The translations under genes were made by a program, and so were the position numbers. A stretch of 64,000 bases of DNA from assembly GCF_027921745.1 (NCBI RefSeq), contig NC_079239.1, positions 2,356,001-2,420,000 of the forward strand. Reading direction: 5' to 3'. The stretch is from Schizosaccharomyces osmophilus (lineage: Eukaryota). Positions within the stretch are counted from its first letter, which is position 1, and each line of letters opens with the position of its first letter. Of the stretch, positions 47,242 through 59,229 are shown one piece after another. Below the pieces are notes generated by a model. The model did not search any database and was not told where the DNA came from. It saw nothing but the letters and a program-made list of their open reading frames with translations.

Positions 47242-49965
47242 ATGTTACAAAGAAGTAAAAAGAAAAATGGGCTCTATTTTTGGGTTAATGAAGAGGCCGA
47301 TGAAATTCGATACGTTTCATTGAAAACGGCTCCTAAACTACGCTGGAAAACACATTCGTTTTGGAAGTCGCAAAAGGGGATCAAATGTTTAGATTCATTT
47401 CCAGGGAGCAGTGAGATACTGGGCGCTGGCTCGTCGACTGGCAATTTATCGTTACTGTCTGAAAAACATCCAGAATTCTCTGCAGTAGTTACCCCAAAGT
47501 ATCCTAGGGCCTGTAAAAGTTTATCGTTCTCTCATTCCGGAAATCTTGCAGCCGCCTATGCAAAATCCAAAAATGATTTATCTTTAAAAATTTGGGATGT
47601 ACGAAGTTTACTACATAATCCTAACCAGCAACCTGCTCTCCAAGGGTTTCCCATGGAAGGGATTGTTTCCGTTTGTTATGATAAAAACCCGTTTTTGCTA
47701 TTCGCTGGTTCAAATACTCGCTCGATCAATATTGTGGATACTCGTAAACAATTAGAGGCTGAATCCTCAATAGAAACTCCCTGCTTCAATAATATTATTT
47801 TAGATCCGGTATCTGGAAATTATTTTGCTGCCAATTCTTATGATGGACATATCGCTGTATATGATCGTCGATTTCTGGTTCCTGGTGCTAATCCCCTAAT
47901 AATGGAGCTAAACCCAAATCCAGGTGAAATAAAAAAGAATTCATACTTCCAAACAAGATTTTCTTACGAAAAATGTGGACAATTATCTTGTCTCTCTAAT
48001 AATTCAATTTCTGTTCGACAGCTATCTCCGTGCCGTGTTCAAGATGACCCACCTACTGATGAACCGGAATTAGAAAATTCATTACTACTTACTTTCGAAA
48101 AATTTATTAACATGAAAGATAATACAACATGTTCCGGGTTTGACTACTATAAATCGTCCTCGTCTAGTTCCCTTCAGTTACTCGCTGTTGTTAATTCTTC
48201 GCCGAAACTTTTCTCTATTCAAAATGAATTTTTCCCTGCATCCTTTAGTGCAAATAACAAACTGATTTCCTCATATAAAGATACTCTTTATCCTTTGGAT
48301 ACACCTTACTCAGACGTTCAATCTGCTGAAATTGGGCAAGATCATAAAGATGATATTGTGTTTTCGGAAACAAGCTCCTATTCTTCTACAAATATAGAAA
48401 ACAGTTTGGAAAAAATATCAATTATTTCGGAAGAGTCGTCTCAAAGCGATGATTTGCTACCGCCTTATAGAGTTTTAAGAACTGATATATCAAGTATTAT
48501 GCTAGAGAGAGCACAACAGGGTTATCGTTTCAACTGCTCGAAAAACTATGATATTGTTTCCGATTTTTATTTAAAAGATGTCTGGAAGTGGGTCGAACTG
48601 TCCCACTCTTTATACAGTGATGAACGTTACAATTGTTCGAGTGATATTGATTTAACGTATCAAGGAGCTCTTGGTATTTGGTTCATGGACACCGAGTTAA
48701 CCAATATTGCTGACGTTTTTGACGCCAAACACAGTAGACTTTTTGAGAAAAAGTTTTTGAAAGCTGCAGAAACTATCATTTCAAATTTTGATCAGGACAT
48801 ATTAACACCCATACCAACCAAGCGGCCTTTACGACAGCTTGTTCTTTTGGCTTGCGGGCTTGGCTATACAAAAGTCAACTTGGATCAAAACATAGATTCG
48901 TTGATTGGAAGAAATGAACATGTGAAGGCTGCTGGTTTAGCGCTCTTTCACGGAAAAATTGAGAACGTGGTTCGTATTTTGGCTATGGGAAATGAATTAG
49001 AAAAAACCATTTCCACGGCTGTAGCCGGGTACATTACCTCGCAAGGTTTGAACCAACTGGGAAGCGATTCTCTTTGGAAAGAAATGTCTCGTAATCTGAG
49101 CACAGAACTGGAAGACCCATATCTTCGTGCTATCTTTGCATATGTTAGCAACTCTGATTGGAGAGATGTACTCGATGAAGTTTCCCTTTCCCTTAGAGAT
49201 AGACTAGGGATAGCCCTCAGATTTTTACCGGATGAAGATCTGAGTAATTATTTGGAAGATTTGTGTCGTACTACGGTTCAATCAGGAGATCCGGAAGGGC
49301 TAATATTGACAGGATTAACACCTTTGGGTATTGAATTGTTACAAAATTTTGTAAACTACTCGAATGATGTTCAAACAGCAGCTTTGCTGGTTTCCTATGT
49401 TGTACCAAAGAAATTTACGGGTTGGAGAGCAGACGGTTGGATTGTCAGTTATAGGGAATTGTTTAATCGGTGGAGGTTGTACCGCGAACGAGTCAAGTTT
49501 GATTTAGGAAGAACTGAACTTTCGCGTGATCGAAATGGTCATGTATTAAAGACAGCACCAAAACCTTCACTTTATATCAGTTGCAATTACTGCAAAAAGT
49601 CCCTTTTAAACCTAACGGAAGAAAACCCCAAATCCGACCAAACCGTTGCTTCTACGCTTACGAAGACTAGAAAGCTTGCAAGTCAAAAGCAATCCGGTCA
49701 TACCTGTCCTCATTGCCGTCAACCTTTCCCAAAGTGTTCAGTCTGTGGATTATCTTTGAGCGATCAGAATGTTCCACAAAATAATATAGCAGGCATTACC
49801 AGTCAAAACTCAAAAGACATGGAGCGAAAAAGAGATTTTGGACGTTGGTTCTCATTTTGTCTTCGATGCTATCATGGGACACACGCTGCTCATGCCTCGG
49901 AATGGTTTATGCGACACAGCGTTTGCCCAGTGCCTGACTGTGATTGTAACTGTGCTTTATTTTAA
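47242..49965 (+). CDS. sea4: GATOR2/SEA complex subunit Sea4 (Mio/MIOS); 5' end uncertain, possible extra exon at ~47129-47190
   Basis: WD40 N-terminus, LEDPYLRAIFAYV..DW.DVLDE..LSLRDRLGIALRFL, GLILTGLT, DVQTAALL, C-terminal zinc/RING region (C..C.HGTHAAHASEWF..H..CPVPDC.C.C). Confidence 0.9.
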   Translation: MLQRSKKKNGLYFWVNEEADEIRYVSLKTAPKLRWKTHSFWKSQKGIKCLDSFPGSSEILGAGSSTGNLSLLSEKHPEFSAVVTPKYPRACKSLSFSHSGNLAAAYAKSKNDLSLKIWDVRSLLHNPNQQPALQGFPMEGIVSVCYDKNPFLLFAGSNTRSINIVDTRKQLEAESSIETPCFNNIILDPVSGNYFAANSYDGHIAVYDRRFLVPGANPLIMELNPNPGEIKKNSYFQTRFSYEKCGQLSCLSNNSISVRQLSPCRVQDDPPTDEPELENSLLLTFEKFINMKDNTTCSGFDYYKSSSSSSLQLLAVVNSSPKLFSIQNEFFPASFSANNKLISSYKDTLYPLDTPYSDVQSAEIGQDHKDDIVFSETSSYSSTNIENSLEKISIISEESSQSDDLLPPYRVLRTDISSIMLERAQQGYRFNCSKNYDIVSDFYLKDVWKWVELSHSLYSDERYNCSSDIDLTYQGALGIWFMDTELTNIADVFDAKHSRLFEKKFLKAAETIISNFDQDILTPIPTKRPLRQLVLLACGLGYTKVNLDQNIDSLIGRNEHVKAAGLALFHGKIENVVRILAMGNELEKTISTAVAGYITSQGLNQLGSDSLWKEMSRNLSTELEDPYLRAIFAYVSNSDWRDVLDEVSLSLRDRLGIALRFLPDEDLSNYLEDLCRTTVQSGDPEGLILTGLTPLGIELLQNFVNYSNDVQTAALLVSYVVPKKFTGWRADGWIVSYRELFNRWRLYRERVKFDLGRTELSRDRNGHVLKTAPKPSLYISCNYCKKSLLNLTEENPKSDQTVASTLTKTRKLASQKQSGHTCPHCRQPFPKCSVCGLSLSDQNVPQNNIAGITSQNSKDMERKRDFGRWFSFCLRCYHGTHAAHASEWFMRHSVCPVPDCDCNCALF

Positions 49966-50682
49966 GCAATAAAAAAAAAATAAAAAAAAGAACTGCAGGG
50001 CTATCATTGCAGAATTTCATTTTATGTTTTACGATCATAATTTTGCTATTTAGTGTTTGCATTTAATCAATATAATTTTAGTACAATAGACATGTCTGTG
50101 CCATTACGGTGGAGGTAATCTGATCCGTTAATTTCTTCAATAACTGATACAACTAACGACTGTTGATGAATTTTTACTCTATCACTGCAAGTAGTAAAAA
50201 CATTGAATACAAGCAGTAGTATGCCTCTTGCAAATGAACATTTATTTTTGCTAAATACTAGGCACCAGTGTAAAACTATGGAAAAGACTATGATTTTAGA
50301 TTTCGAATATCTTTATTTTTGATTCCGCAGTAGTTCAAAGCTGTTCACACAAAATCCACCAGGAAGAAATTTAGACACTGAGTGTTTTCCTTATGACAAG
50401 GAACGTCAACTCATTGTTCATAGAAGAAGATTTGTAAATAGTCAATTCTCATAGAAACAACCAGCAACCGGCATTTTTTCATTAGTAAATGAATTTACTC
50501 TCGGTCATTATTTAGGGATATAGAACGTGCTATGGTAATTAAATATATAAGCCAAATATTTTCGCGCAATAATTCAGTATTCTCCGTTCGGCTACGTAAT
50601 TTACTACGCAGCCGCAAGATGGTCATAATGAATAGAACAGGAACCAACTTCATTTTGTTATCAAATCTTTAGATTCACCGCA

Positions 50683-52226
50683 ATGGCGTCCTCTAATGTG
50701 CCTATTATTATGGACAAGTAAGTGTGTTTGAAACAGCTTCGACGGTTGAGGAATACATCAGTACTAATGCGATATCTAGTGGTACCGGCTATAGCAAGCT
50801 AGGGTATGAAAGAATAAAGAAGAATAAATCAATTTTATTGTGGGCGAAATGAAATGATTGCTAATTGTACTTGTTCTTAGTTATGCCGGAAACGATGCTC
50901 CTTCGTACGTTTTTCCAACAGTCATTGCAACACGATCAGCAGGTGGTCCAAGGCCAGCGGTCCCTTCGAAGCCTTCGTACTTGGCTCCAAAAGGTAGTGG
51001 CCATCTCTCAGGAAAGCGCGGAACGGAGGATTTAGACTTCTTTATTGGTAATGATGCTCTTAGCAAGGCATCTGCTGGTTATTCTTTAGATTACCCAATT
51101 CGTCATGGTCAAATTGAAAATTGGGATCACATGGAACGTTTTTGGCAACAATCTCTCTTTAAATATCTTCGTTGCGAGCCTGAGGATCACTACTTTCTTT
51201 TGACTGAACCTCCTTTGAATCCGCCTGAAAACCGTGAGAATACTGCTGAAATTATGTTTGAGTCCTTCAATTGTGCTGGTCTTTATATTGCCGTTCAAGC
51301 AGTTCTAGCTTTGGCTGCTTCTTGGACCTCTTCGAAAGTCACTGAACGCTCTTTAACAGGCACTGTCGTCGACTCTGGTGACGGTGTTACCCATATTATT
51401 CCGGTGGTAAGTTGACTTTCTATTCGTGTTTGTTTTGTTTGAAAAATTAACATTTTGCAGGCCGAAGGTTATGTTATAGGCTCCTCTATTAAGACCATGC
51501 CCATTGCTGGTCGTGACGTTACTTATTTCGTTCAATCTTTACTCCGTGATCGTAATGAAAATGATTCCAGCTTGAAAACTGCTGAACGTATTAAAGAAGA
51601 GTATGCTTACGTTTGCCCTGATATTGTCAAAGAATTTGCACGTTTCGATCAAGAACCCGATCGTTATCTAAAGCACACAGCCGAAACCATGGGAGGCCGT
51701 ACTACGGCGGTGGACGTTGGTTTTGAGCGTTTCCTTGCTCCTGAAATCTTCTTTAATCCTGAAATTGCTTCCTCTGACTTTTTAACTCCTTTACCCGAAC
51801 TTGTTGATAACGTTGTGCAGAGCTCGCCAATTGACGTTCGTAAAGGTTTATACAAAAACATTGTTTTGTCTGGTGGTAGTACACTGTTTAAAAATTTTGG
51901 ACATCGCCTTCAGAGAGACATTAAGCATATTGTTGATGAACGCATTCATCGCAGTGAAATGCTATCTGGTGCCAAGAGTGGTGGTGTAGACGTTAATGTA
52001 ATTACTCACAAGCGACAGCGCAATGCTGTATGGTTCGGCGGAAGCTTGCTTGCTCAAACTGTATGTTTTTTTCTTAATCTTTTTCTTTTTTCTTTCGTTT
52101 TCGTTTTCTAAAGTTTGCTAACAAAAATAGCCCGAATTTGGAGCCTACTGCCATACCAAGGCCGATTATGAAGAGTATGGTGCCTCCATCGCTCGTAGAT
52201 ATCAAATCTTTGGCAATTCTCTATAA
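50683..52226 (+). CDS. arp3: Actin-related protein Arp3; exons ~50683-50717, 50780-50803, 50881-51406, 51461-52060, 52131-52226
   Basis: [63 protein letters not shown]; canonical introns. Confidence 0.97.
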
Positions 52227-52500
52227 TGAAGTTTACAACTGTGATGTTTTTTTGTACTAAAAGAATTCTTGAGGTCAATGACTAATTAAACAAAGAAGCA
52301 TGAAAAGTATAAATGCTTACATGAACATTTACAAGATACGTATGATTCTTTTCAAGTTATTTCAATAACATGTATATATAAAAACTTCACGCGTAACCCA
52401 AATCAATATGCATTGATTATTGCAGTGTAACATAAAAACGACATATAGAAGTAAAGAAAAACAAAATGACAGAAACGTAAAGGGAAAAAGGCAAAAGGTC

Positions 52501-52962
52501 TCAACTGAAACTCGTTTTATCCTGCGCAACAAGTATGTTTTCGTAAGAAGGTGGCATCTCAGAAAATTCTGCGGTACTAACGGGATTTTGTTCTACGAAC
52601 TCTCCAAGCTCATTAAAAGTAGCCGGTGGTGGAGGGGTATTTGAAACAGGATAGTCTTCAAGATTCTCGTAACCAGATATTTCTGGAGGTTCATAGGTAG
52701 GCAAAGGCTCATTGTTTCGTCGTCTCTGTAAGGCCGCATCCGTAGCTTCAATGCGGCCTCTCCGTTGTCTCGAAATAAGTTCTTGTTGCTCATGCAAAAT
52801 TTGTAGAGCATTCCTTCGTTGTCGAAATAGCACAGAAACAATAAACAAGAAGCACAAAACTACTACTAGGCAAATGAGGAATCTGCCTAATAACGTTGAT
52901 GAAGGATCAAACCCGACGTTTTCGGGACCATTTTCGGGATCTTCCGTTGATATGGGAGGCAT
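52501..52962 (-). CDS. Single-pass membrane protein with PY motifs (Rcr1-like HECT-ligase adaptor candidate)
   Basis: One transmembrane helix followed by basic residues; cytosolic LPTY and PPSY motifs. Confidence 0.75.
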   Translation of the reverse strand: MPPISTEDPENGPENVGFDPSSTLLGRFLICLVVVLCFLFIVSVLFRQRRNALQILHEQQELISRQRRGRIEATDAALQRRRNNEPLPTYEPPEISGYENLEDYPVSNTPPPPATFNELGEFVEQNPVSTAEFSEMPPSYENILVAQDKTSFS

Positions 52963-53806
52963 GTTCTCAATAGCTGGTTTCTTTTGGCGTTTATTAAAAT
53001 AACTAGGCTTTCAAAATGACTTCAAAAGGAACAAAAATCCTTCTATTTTGGGACAGGCAAAACTAGAGCAAATATCGCTAAATATATATTTTTTTATATT
53101 AAAAAACGAAAAAAGACAATGTAGTAATTGTAAATTCAAAGTATCCGGCGAATTGGGAGTGAATCACCTTCCCTGGAATAAAATGCTTTCTGGTAATATA
53201 ACTAAATTCAGGCTGCTACATCCACTATGGTAACAATTCGTAACTCATTAAAAGCATTCGAATTTAGATAATAATTAATTATTCTTAGTAAAACCGTACA
53301 CCGGGAACCTGAATGAATTTGGTGAAAGGAACAACGGCAATCACTGCGTAATCCTTAGTAATTCTCGGTTTGCAAAAAGACCGTGCTAAACGATATGTAT
53401 AGCAAAAAATGCAAATAATGAATTTGATAATAAAATCAATGCTTTGTAGTTGCCTTTTTGTAAATACATTTACCAAAAGTATTCCGCTGTATATATGTCG
53501 GCTCTATGCACAAATAATTAGATGCTACACTTTAAAGTAGAGACGCGGTATCAGAGTGGGTAAGAAAACCAAAAATAATTAATTAATTTAATGGAGCTTT
53601 TTTGTATACTATTTCCCAGAAACCATAACATGTTTGATGCATTAGGGCGGCAAAAGCAATTTGTGAAAAAAATTGATCATTCACTTAATCTACTAGATGA
53701 GCATTCTGAGCCCAAATGTAGTTTTTTAACAAAAAGTAATTAATATACAAGCCAATAAAATCCAAAACAAACAGAAACGAAGAAAAAGGAAAATCTACCT
53801 TTTGTC

Positions 53807-55045
53807 TTATAAAAGTCCTTGTTGTTTTAATTCCATAGCACGTTTATACGGTGGTGCTGTAGGAGGTTGCACAACTTCTAATGGTGTTGCTTTTGATGCA
53901 GAATCGATGGGATATGTAGCATCGGCGTCGTAGCTATCCAAATCACCACAAGCAATAAAAGGAGCGATTTCATGGGAACAGTTCGGATCTACTATACAAA
54001 GAGGTTTCGAAAGATCCGGTTGGAAATTAGGAGGAGGGCAAAAGTCTTCGCAAACGACAAAAGACTCCAAGGAACTTGCACGGGAACTTCTGGGCTTTGC
54101 ACATGTAACCTTTCGAAACATCAAGCGAAGTTGTGAATAAAGTAGAGAAACGTCTCTGCCACGGAAAATTTTTGCGACAAACTTTCCACCGGGTTTCAAA
54201 ATGCATACAGCCATATTAAACGCCGCCAACAGGATCTGTGCTTGAATATACTCATCTAAGTCATGCAAACCGGTAACATCTGGAGCACCTAGAACGAAAA
54301 ATACAAATTAGTTTGAATTTATAAGACAAACTAGCTAGAATGGATGCATACCGTCACTAACAACCAAATCCGCTGGTTCATTTCCAAAGTGAGACAATAT
54401 AATGGACAACGTCTTTGGATGGGTAATGTCTAATTGCAAAGAGCTAACACCGTCTATAGGAGCCATTGGCTGAAGATCCACAGCGACAATTTTGGGGCGT
54501 TCTTCCTTGTTTGCTGTAGAGTCGAAATTTTCTCTAAAAAAAAAAAATTGTCAGGATATAAAGACGAAGGGAAAAGGAAACGTGAACAAACAATATGACC
54601 CTTGGAGACTTACATTAATCTGCGTGACAATACTTGCGACCAAGACCCAGGTGCGGCACACAAATCAACAACGCGTTTTGCACCTTCAAACAAGTGAAAT
54701 TGTTCATCTAGTTGCATTAACTTAAACGCTGATCGAGCTCTCCATCCTTGCTCTTTTGCTAATCGGTAATACGCGTCTCTCTTTAAATTCCCGTTAGTTA
54801 CTCTTTCATCAAACAAGCACGCTTGAAATAAAGAAATAAAGAAATTAAAAAATCAAGCAAAAGAAGTGTCAAAGAAATGCAACCATATCCTGTCCAGGAC
54901 GTGTAAATTCTGACACGAACGACGCAAATTGCCTTATCGCAGCCATTCTTCTTGGTTCTTCTCGTATTCTGCAGACTTTCTTCAGACTCCTTCAAATTTC
55001 TTCCATTCTTCCTTTTCTTACCTTGTCTTTACTGCTTTTTCCCAT
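53807..55045 (-). CDS. trm7: tRNA 2'-O-ribose methyltransferase Trm7; exons 55045-55022, 54780-54614, 54533-54352, 54288-53807
   Basis: Spliced [72 protein letters not shown]. Confidence 0.95.
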
Positions 55046-56014
55046 TATTTACTTTTCCGAAAACAAAAACGCTCCAAGTAAGTCTCCAAATATTCTTTGA
55101 ACATTCGGTTTAGGAATTGGAAACATATTGCCGGTATTCCATTTACCGAACGCTAACGAGTACCTTTCATTCACAAACTGACTTAGTTTGTTTTTTGTGT
55201 CTAGTGCCAAGCTGGAAATAATTATGTTGCTTTATCATTACAGATATAATTGGAGTACTGAAAAGATTAAAGTCTGCAACAATTTAGTTTGGTTTGGCTG
55301 ATTTGGATGCACCCAAGCTTCTTTAGCCCTAAGCAAGTAGAAGTTTTGTGGGCTTGCTTTAAGCATTTCGGTTGATAGACGTAGACTTCTTGTGTAAAAC
55401 CTTCTTAAAGAGAACTTCAAGATATGGGTCTTCTGTTTATTTCTGATAGAATAAGCAAGATAAGTGTTCTATATAACTGTCAATGACACGTACTCGTTTA
55501 TGTTTACTAAGGTGTTTTAAGGCAACATCGGTAACAAACAAATGTGTCATTCGTGTCATTTTTGGTAGGGAAGATTGCAATACAAATAAAAGATTTTAGA
55601 TATACATAAAGAGCATCAAAGGTTTATGCGACACCAGAATAGACGAAGCTCGTCGGCCCTGGTGACAGAGCTGGATTATGCCGCAAATGCAAGCACTGCC
55701 TACCTTTCATTCTTGAAGGATACTATTGTAAAGTTTTATAATAATATATAATGTATTTTTTGATGTCGAAAAGGATCGTTTTCTACTTTGTTGCCGTAAT
55801 ACTTAGAACTTATGTCGCTTATGAGAACAGACCATTTACGAACTATAGGTTTCTTCCAATTTTCTAGGATTCCCTGGATTTTCGGGTCTTACACTTATAA
55901 TTCGTGCATATATTAATTTATTTATTGATCTATTAAATTAGATTACAGACTCACAATCTCAAGAGAAATTATTTGCATTACTAAATACATATTTAGTTAA
56001 ATCTGGCTAAAAAT

Positions 56015-57044
56015 ATGAAAGAACTTCCCTTAGAAAAGTTACAAGACATAGACAATGAGACCTTTGATGAACATAGCGATTATAAACAGCCTGAGAAACT
56101 CATTGACGAGGCGAAGGACATGGAGCCTTTTCGATTGTCCAAGGCGTATGTTCGGCTTGTGAGCTACGTTCAAGCGTTGAATGCTGCTTGCACGGGCATA
56201 AAAGATTATCACGTACATTATTCTAGCAGAGTTGCCAATGTTTTAGATGTTTTGGAGCAAGTTCAGGAAATCACAGACTCTGTCTCTCTAGAACCTGGAA
56301 GACATCGCTTTGGGAATCCTGCGTTTCGAAGGTGGCATGCGAAGTTGTTGCACAGGGCACCAACGATTCTGGACACAATTGTCCCGTCTTCCTTAGGCTC
56401 GGCCCAAATAGAATTGTTGGATTACTTTCTTGGTTCTTTCGGAAATGCACAAAGAATCGATTTTGGAACCGGACATGAGCTGAATTTTTTGGGGTTTCTC
56501 AAAGGACTCGATTTACTCAACCTTTTAACATACGAAGATTGCGCAGCTGTGGGCTTGTATGTTTCACATAAATACCTGGAAGTTTGTCGTAAATTAGTTA
56601 TTAAGTATCGTCTTGAACCAGCAGGATCCCACGGCGTTTGGGGACTCGATGACCACTTTTTTATTCCGTATATTTTTGGATCTTCACAACTGGCAGCTCC
56701 CGGTGGTAATACATTAGGTTTACGACCGACCGCGATTCTCGATAAAAAACTTACTAAAGAACTCTCAAAGTCGAATCTATATTTTAGTGCAATCGATTTT
56801 ATCAATGTTATGAAAAAAGGTCCATTTTATGAGCATTCCCCCATCCTTTATGACATTACAGCGGTTCCTTCATGGTCAAAAGTCAATCAGGTGAGTAATA
56901 TTTTTATTTATTTATCTAAAACAGGTTTCTAACTAACTAAATTAGGGATTGTTGAAGATGTATGATGTAGAGGTCCTCAGTAAATACCCGGTTGTCCAAC
57001 ATTTCCATTTCGGCAACCTCTTCCCTTTTCAGCAATTCGTTTGA
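56015..57044 (+). CDS. ypa1: PP2A activator PTPA (Ypa1/Rrd1); intron 56891-56945
   Basis: [61 protein letters not shown], spliced [20 protein letters not shown]. Confidence 0.92.
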
Positions 57045-57182
57045 ACAGAATAAAGGTGAATGAGTTGAAAACCTCTTTTCAGGACACAAAAACAGTGCTC
57101 TTGTATCACATAGGCCGGAAAGGCACAATAGCATAAAGTCATCTATACAATATTATATTCTAAAAGTATATATGTTTTGTCT

Positions 57183-57851
57183 TCAAGACAATAAAGCATT
57201 TATTAAATGCTGAACAAGTACTTGCTCTACTTCCTTTAGTCTAACATTTACTCCCTGGGCTTGAAAGCTTGTGGTAGTTTTGTCCTCTAATCCACAAGCA
57301 ACAATCTTTTTAAACATCTCTAAATCGGTAGACACATTAAGAGCTAGTCCATGGCTTGTAATATACCTTCGTAAGTGAATCCCTATAGCTGCAATCTTTT
57401 CGTCATCCGTTAACCAGACACCTGTGTGTTCATTCGTGTGTGCCGTTTTCATTCCAAAATGTCTGCATGTCTGAATAATCGCTTCCTCGAGCTTAGAAAC
57501 ATATTTTCGGGGATTCAAGTGTAATGCGTTTAAATCCAAAATTGGATATACAAGTAATTGGCCTGGACCATGGTAGGTAGTTTGGCCTCCTCTGAGTGCT
57601 TTGATAACTTTGGCTCCACCAATGTTGTCGTCTATATTCGTTTTCGTATCTCTTCTGCCTAAGGTATAGACAGGACAAACCTGAGCGGTAAGGATGGTGG
57701 GCCGTGGAGGATGTTGAAGTTTATTCGCTTTAAAATCTAACCATTTTTGAACAAACCGTTGTTGACATTCACCAAGACGAAGGTAATCAACCTTTGGAAA
57801 TCTTGAGGTGAGAAACGAAATATGCTGAAACCCAGACTTATCAATACGCAT
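57183..57851 (-). CDS. lip2: Mitochondrial lipoyl(octanoyl) transferase Lip2/LipB
   Basis: PVYTLGRR, RGGQTTYHGPGQL, TGVW, KIAAIG, ITSHGLALNV, IVACGL. Confidence 0.95.
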   Translation of the reverse strand: MRIDKSGFQHISFLTSRFPKVDYLRLGECQQRFVQKWLDFKANKLQHPPRPTILTAQVCPVYTLGRRDTKTNIDDNIGGAKVIKALRGGQTTYHGPGQLLVYPILDLNALHLNPRKYVSKLEEAIIQTCRHFGMKTAHTNEHTGVWLTDDEKIAAIGIHLRRYITSHGLALNVSTDLEMFKKIVACGLEDKTTTSFQAQGVNVRLKEVEQVLVQHLINALLS

Positions 57852-59229
57852 ATGGATCTAATAAAAAAAAAGTTGATCTTCTATAAAAAAGCTTGAAAGA
57901 ACTGCCTCGGGCTATCTCAAATAATGTCTCTAGTACAAGAGACACGGAGGTGTCTTGGGGAGCCAAAACTTATAGAAGATTCACATTTCGAGAACCAGCT
58001 GGATTCATGACTTTCTGAACAAACTGACCAAGAAGATGTTGCAGTTTTCGTTCATCTTGGTTTTAAATGGAATTTATATTACAATTTTTGCATATTATTG
58101 ATTACCCACTAACGTGTTGATGAAACAGAGATTTGAACGATTTGTACCACATGAAAGGACACTCAATCGATTTCCCTGACTTAATTATATTCTTAAGAAG
58201 ATTGGCCGAGTGAGGTCCGTTAAGAAATGCGAAAATGAACGAGCGTATATTACAACAACGTAAAGAATGATCCATTGCTACTTTCCTTAGATGATAGGCT
58301 TCGCGGAACAGTCTCATCCTTTGTTGGAATTATGTTAAACGTTCTGAAAGAATCACCCGTAATTCGATATCTGAAGGCCATATGAACCCAGCAATGGCCG
58401 GTCTTACTCAGTTGTTTGTTTGAAACTTTTCGGTCCATCTTTGATTTCAGATTCGCTAGCATAAAAATTCAAACAGCGTGCTTCTCTGAATGAAGGAGCA
58501 CCCAGACTTTTAAGAAAGGCAACGAGTCCAACACTTCCCCAATCTACCAGAGAAAGCATTGGCACTGTTATTGCATATCATTCAGAGACTGAAAACCCTA
58601 TTAGTGTTACTTATGAAAAGATCTCTCTTTACTGCCGAGAAATGACAAGGCCTATATGTATTAGACGCTCACGTTGGCTTCTAAACAACGTACTGCATTC
58701 TGCGTACAGGAGTTATTGCGATACATGAAGATGATACCTTTCTTGCTTTCTTATGCTGCACAATGTAGCAATTGAAAAAATACATTTTCGTAATTCGACT
58801 TGAAAGTGGGAACCCTCCAGATCACGTTTTCTTTCACTTTTATTCTTTTCTTTGCTTTTCTGCTTTATGTTTCGACTACTTGTGACAAGTAATATGATAG
58901 GAATTAACCTATGTCTCTAATTTTATGTACCTGGTCAATTTCAATCTTCTTGAGGATTGTCTAAAGTTTTATTTTTTAATTTTTTAATTTTTATTCCAAA
59001 TGAAGAAAGACTATCATTGCCAACGTATAAAACGGAAAAAAATCAGCAGTAGTTAAATTGTTTACTAACGACCATTTTTCTTCTCCTTAATACCTTCAAA
59101 ATCTGAAAACTTTTTGGAAATCATAGAAAATAGCAAAACCGTACAAAGGAATCATTATTTTTTTTGTCTTTTTTTTTTTAGACAACTTCTAATTACTTAT
59201 AAATACCGTTTTCACTTTCATTTCACTTC

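Noticed and set aside
54781..55021. TPP riboswitch, hammerhead ribozyme or box C/D snoRNA in the trm7 intron
   Set aside because: Diagnostic cores are absent, and the C-like and D-like boxes are in the wrong order.
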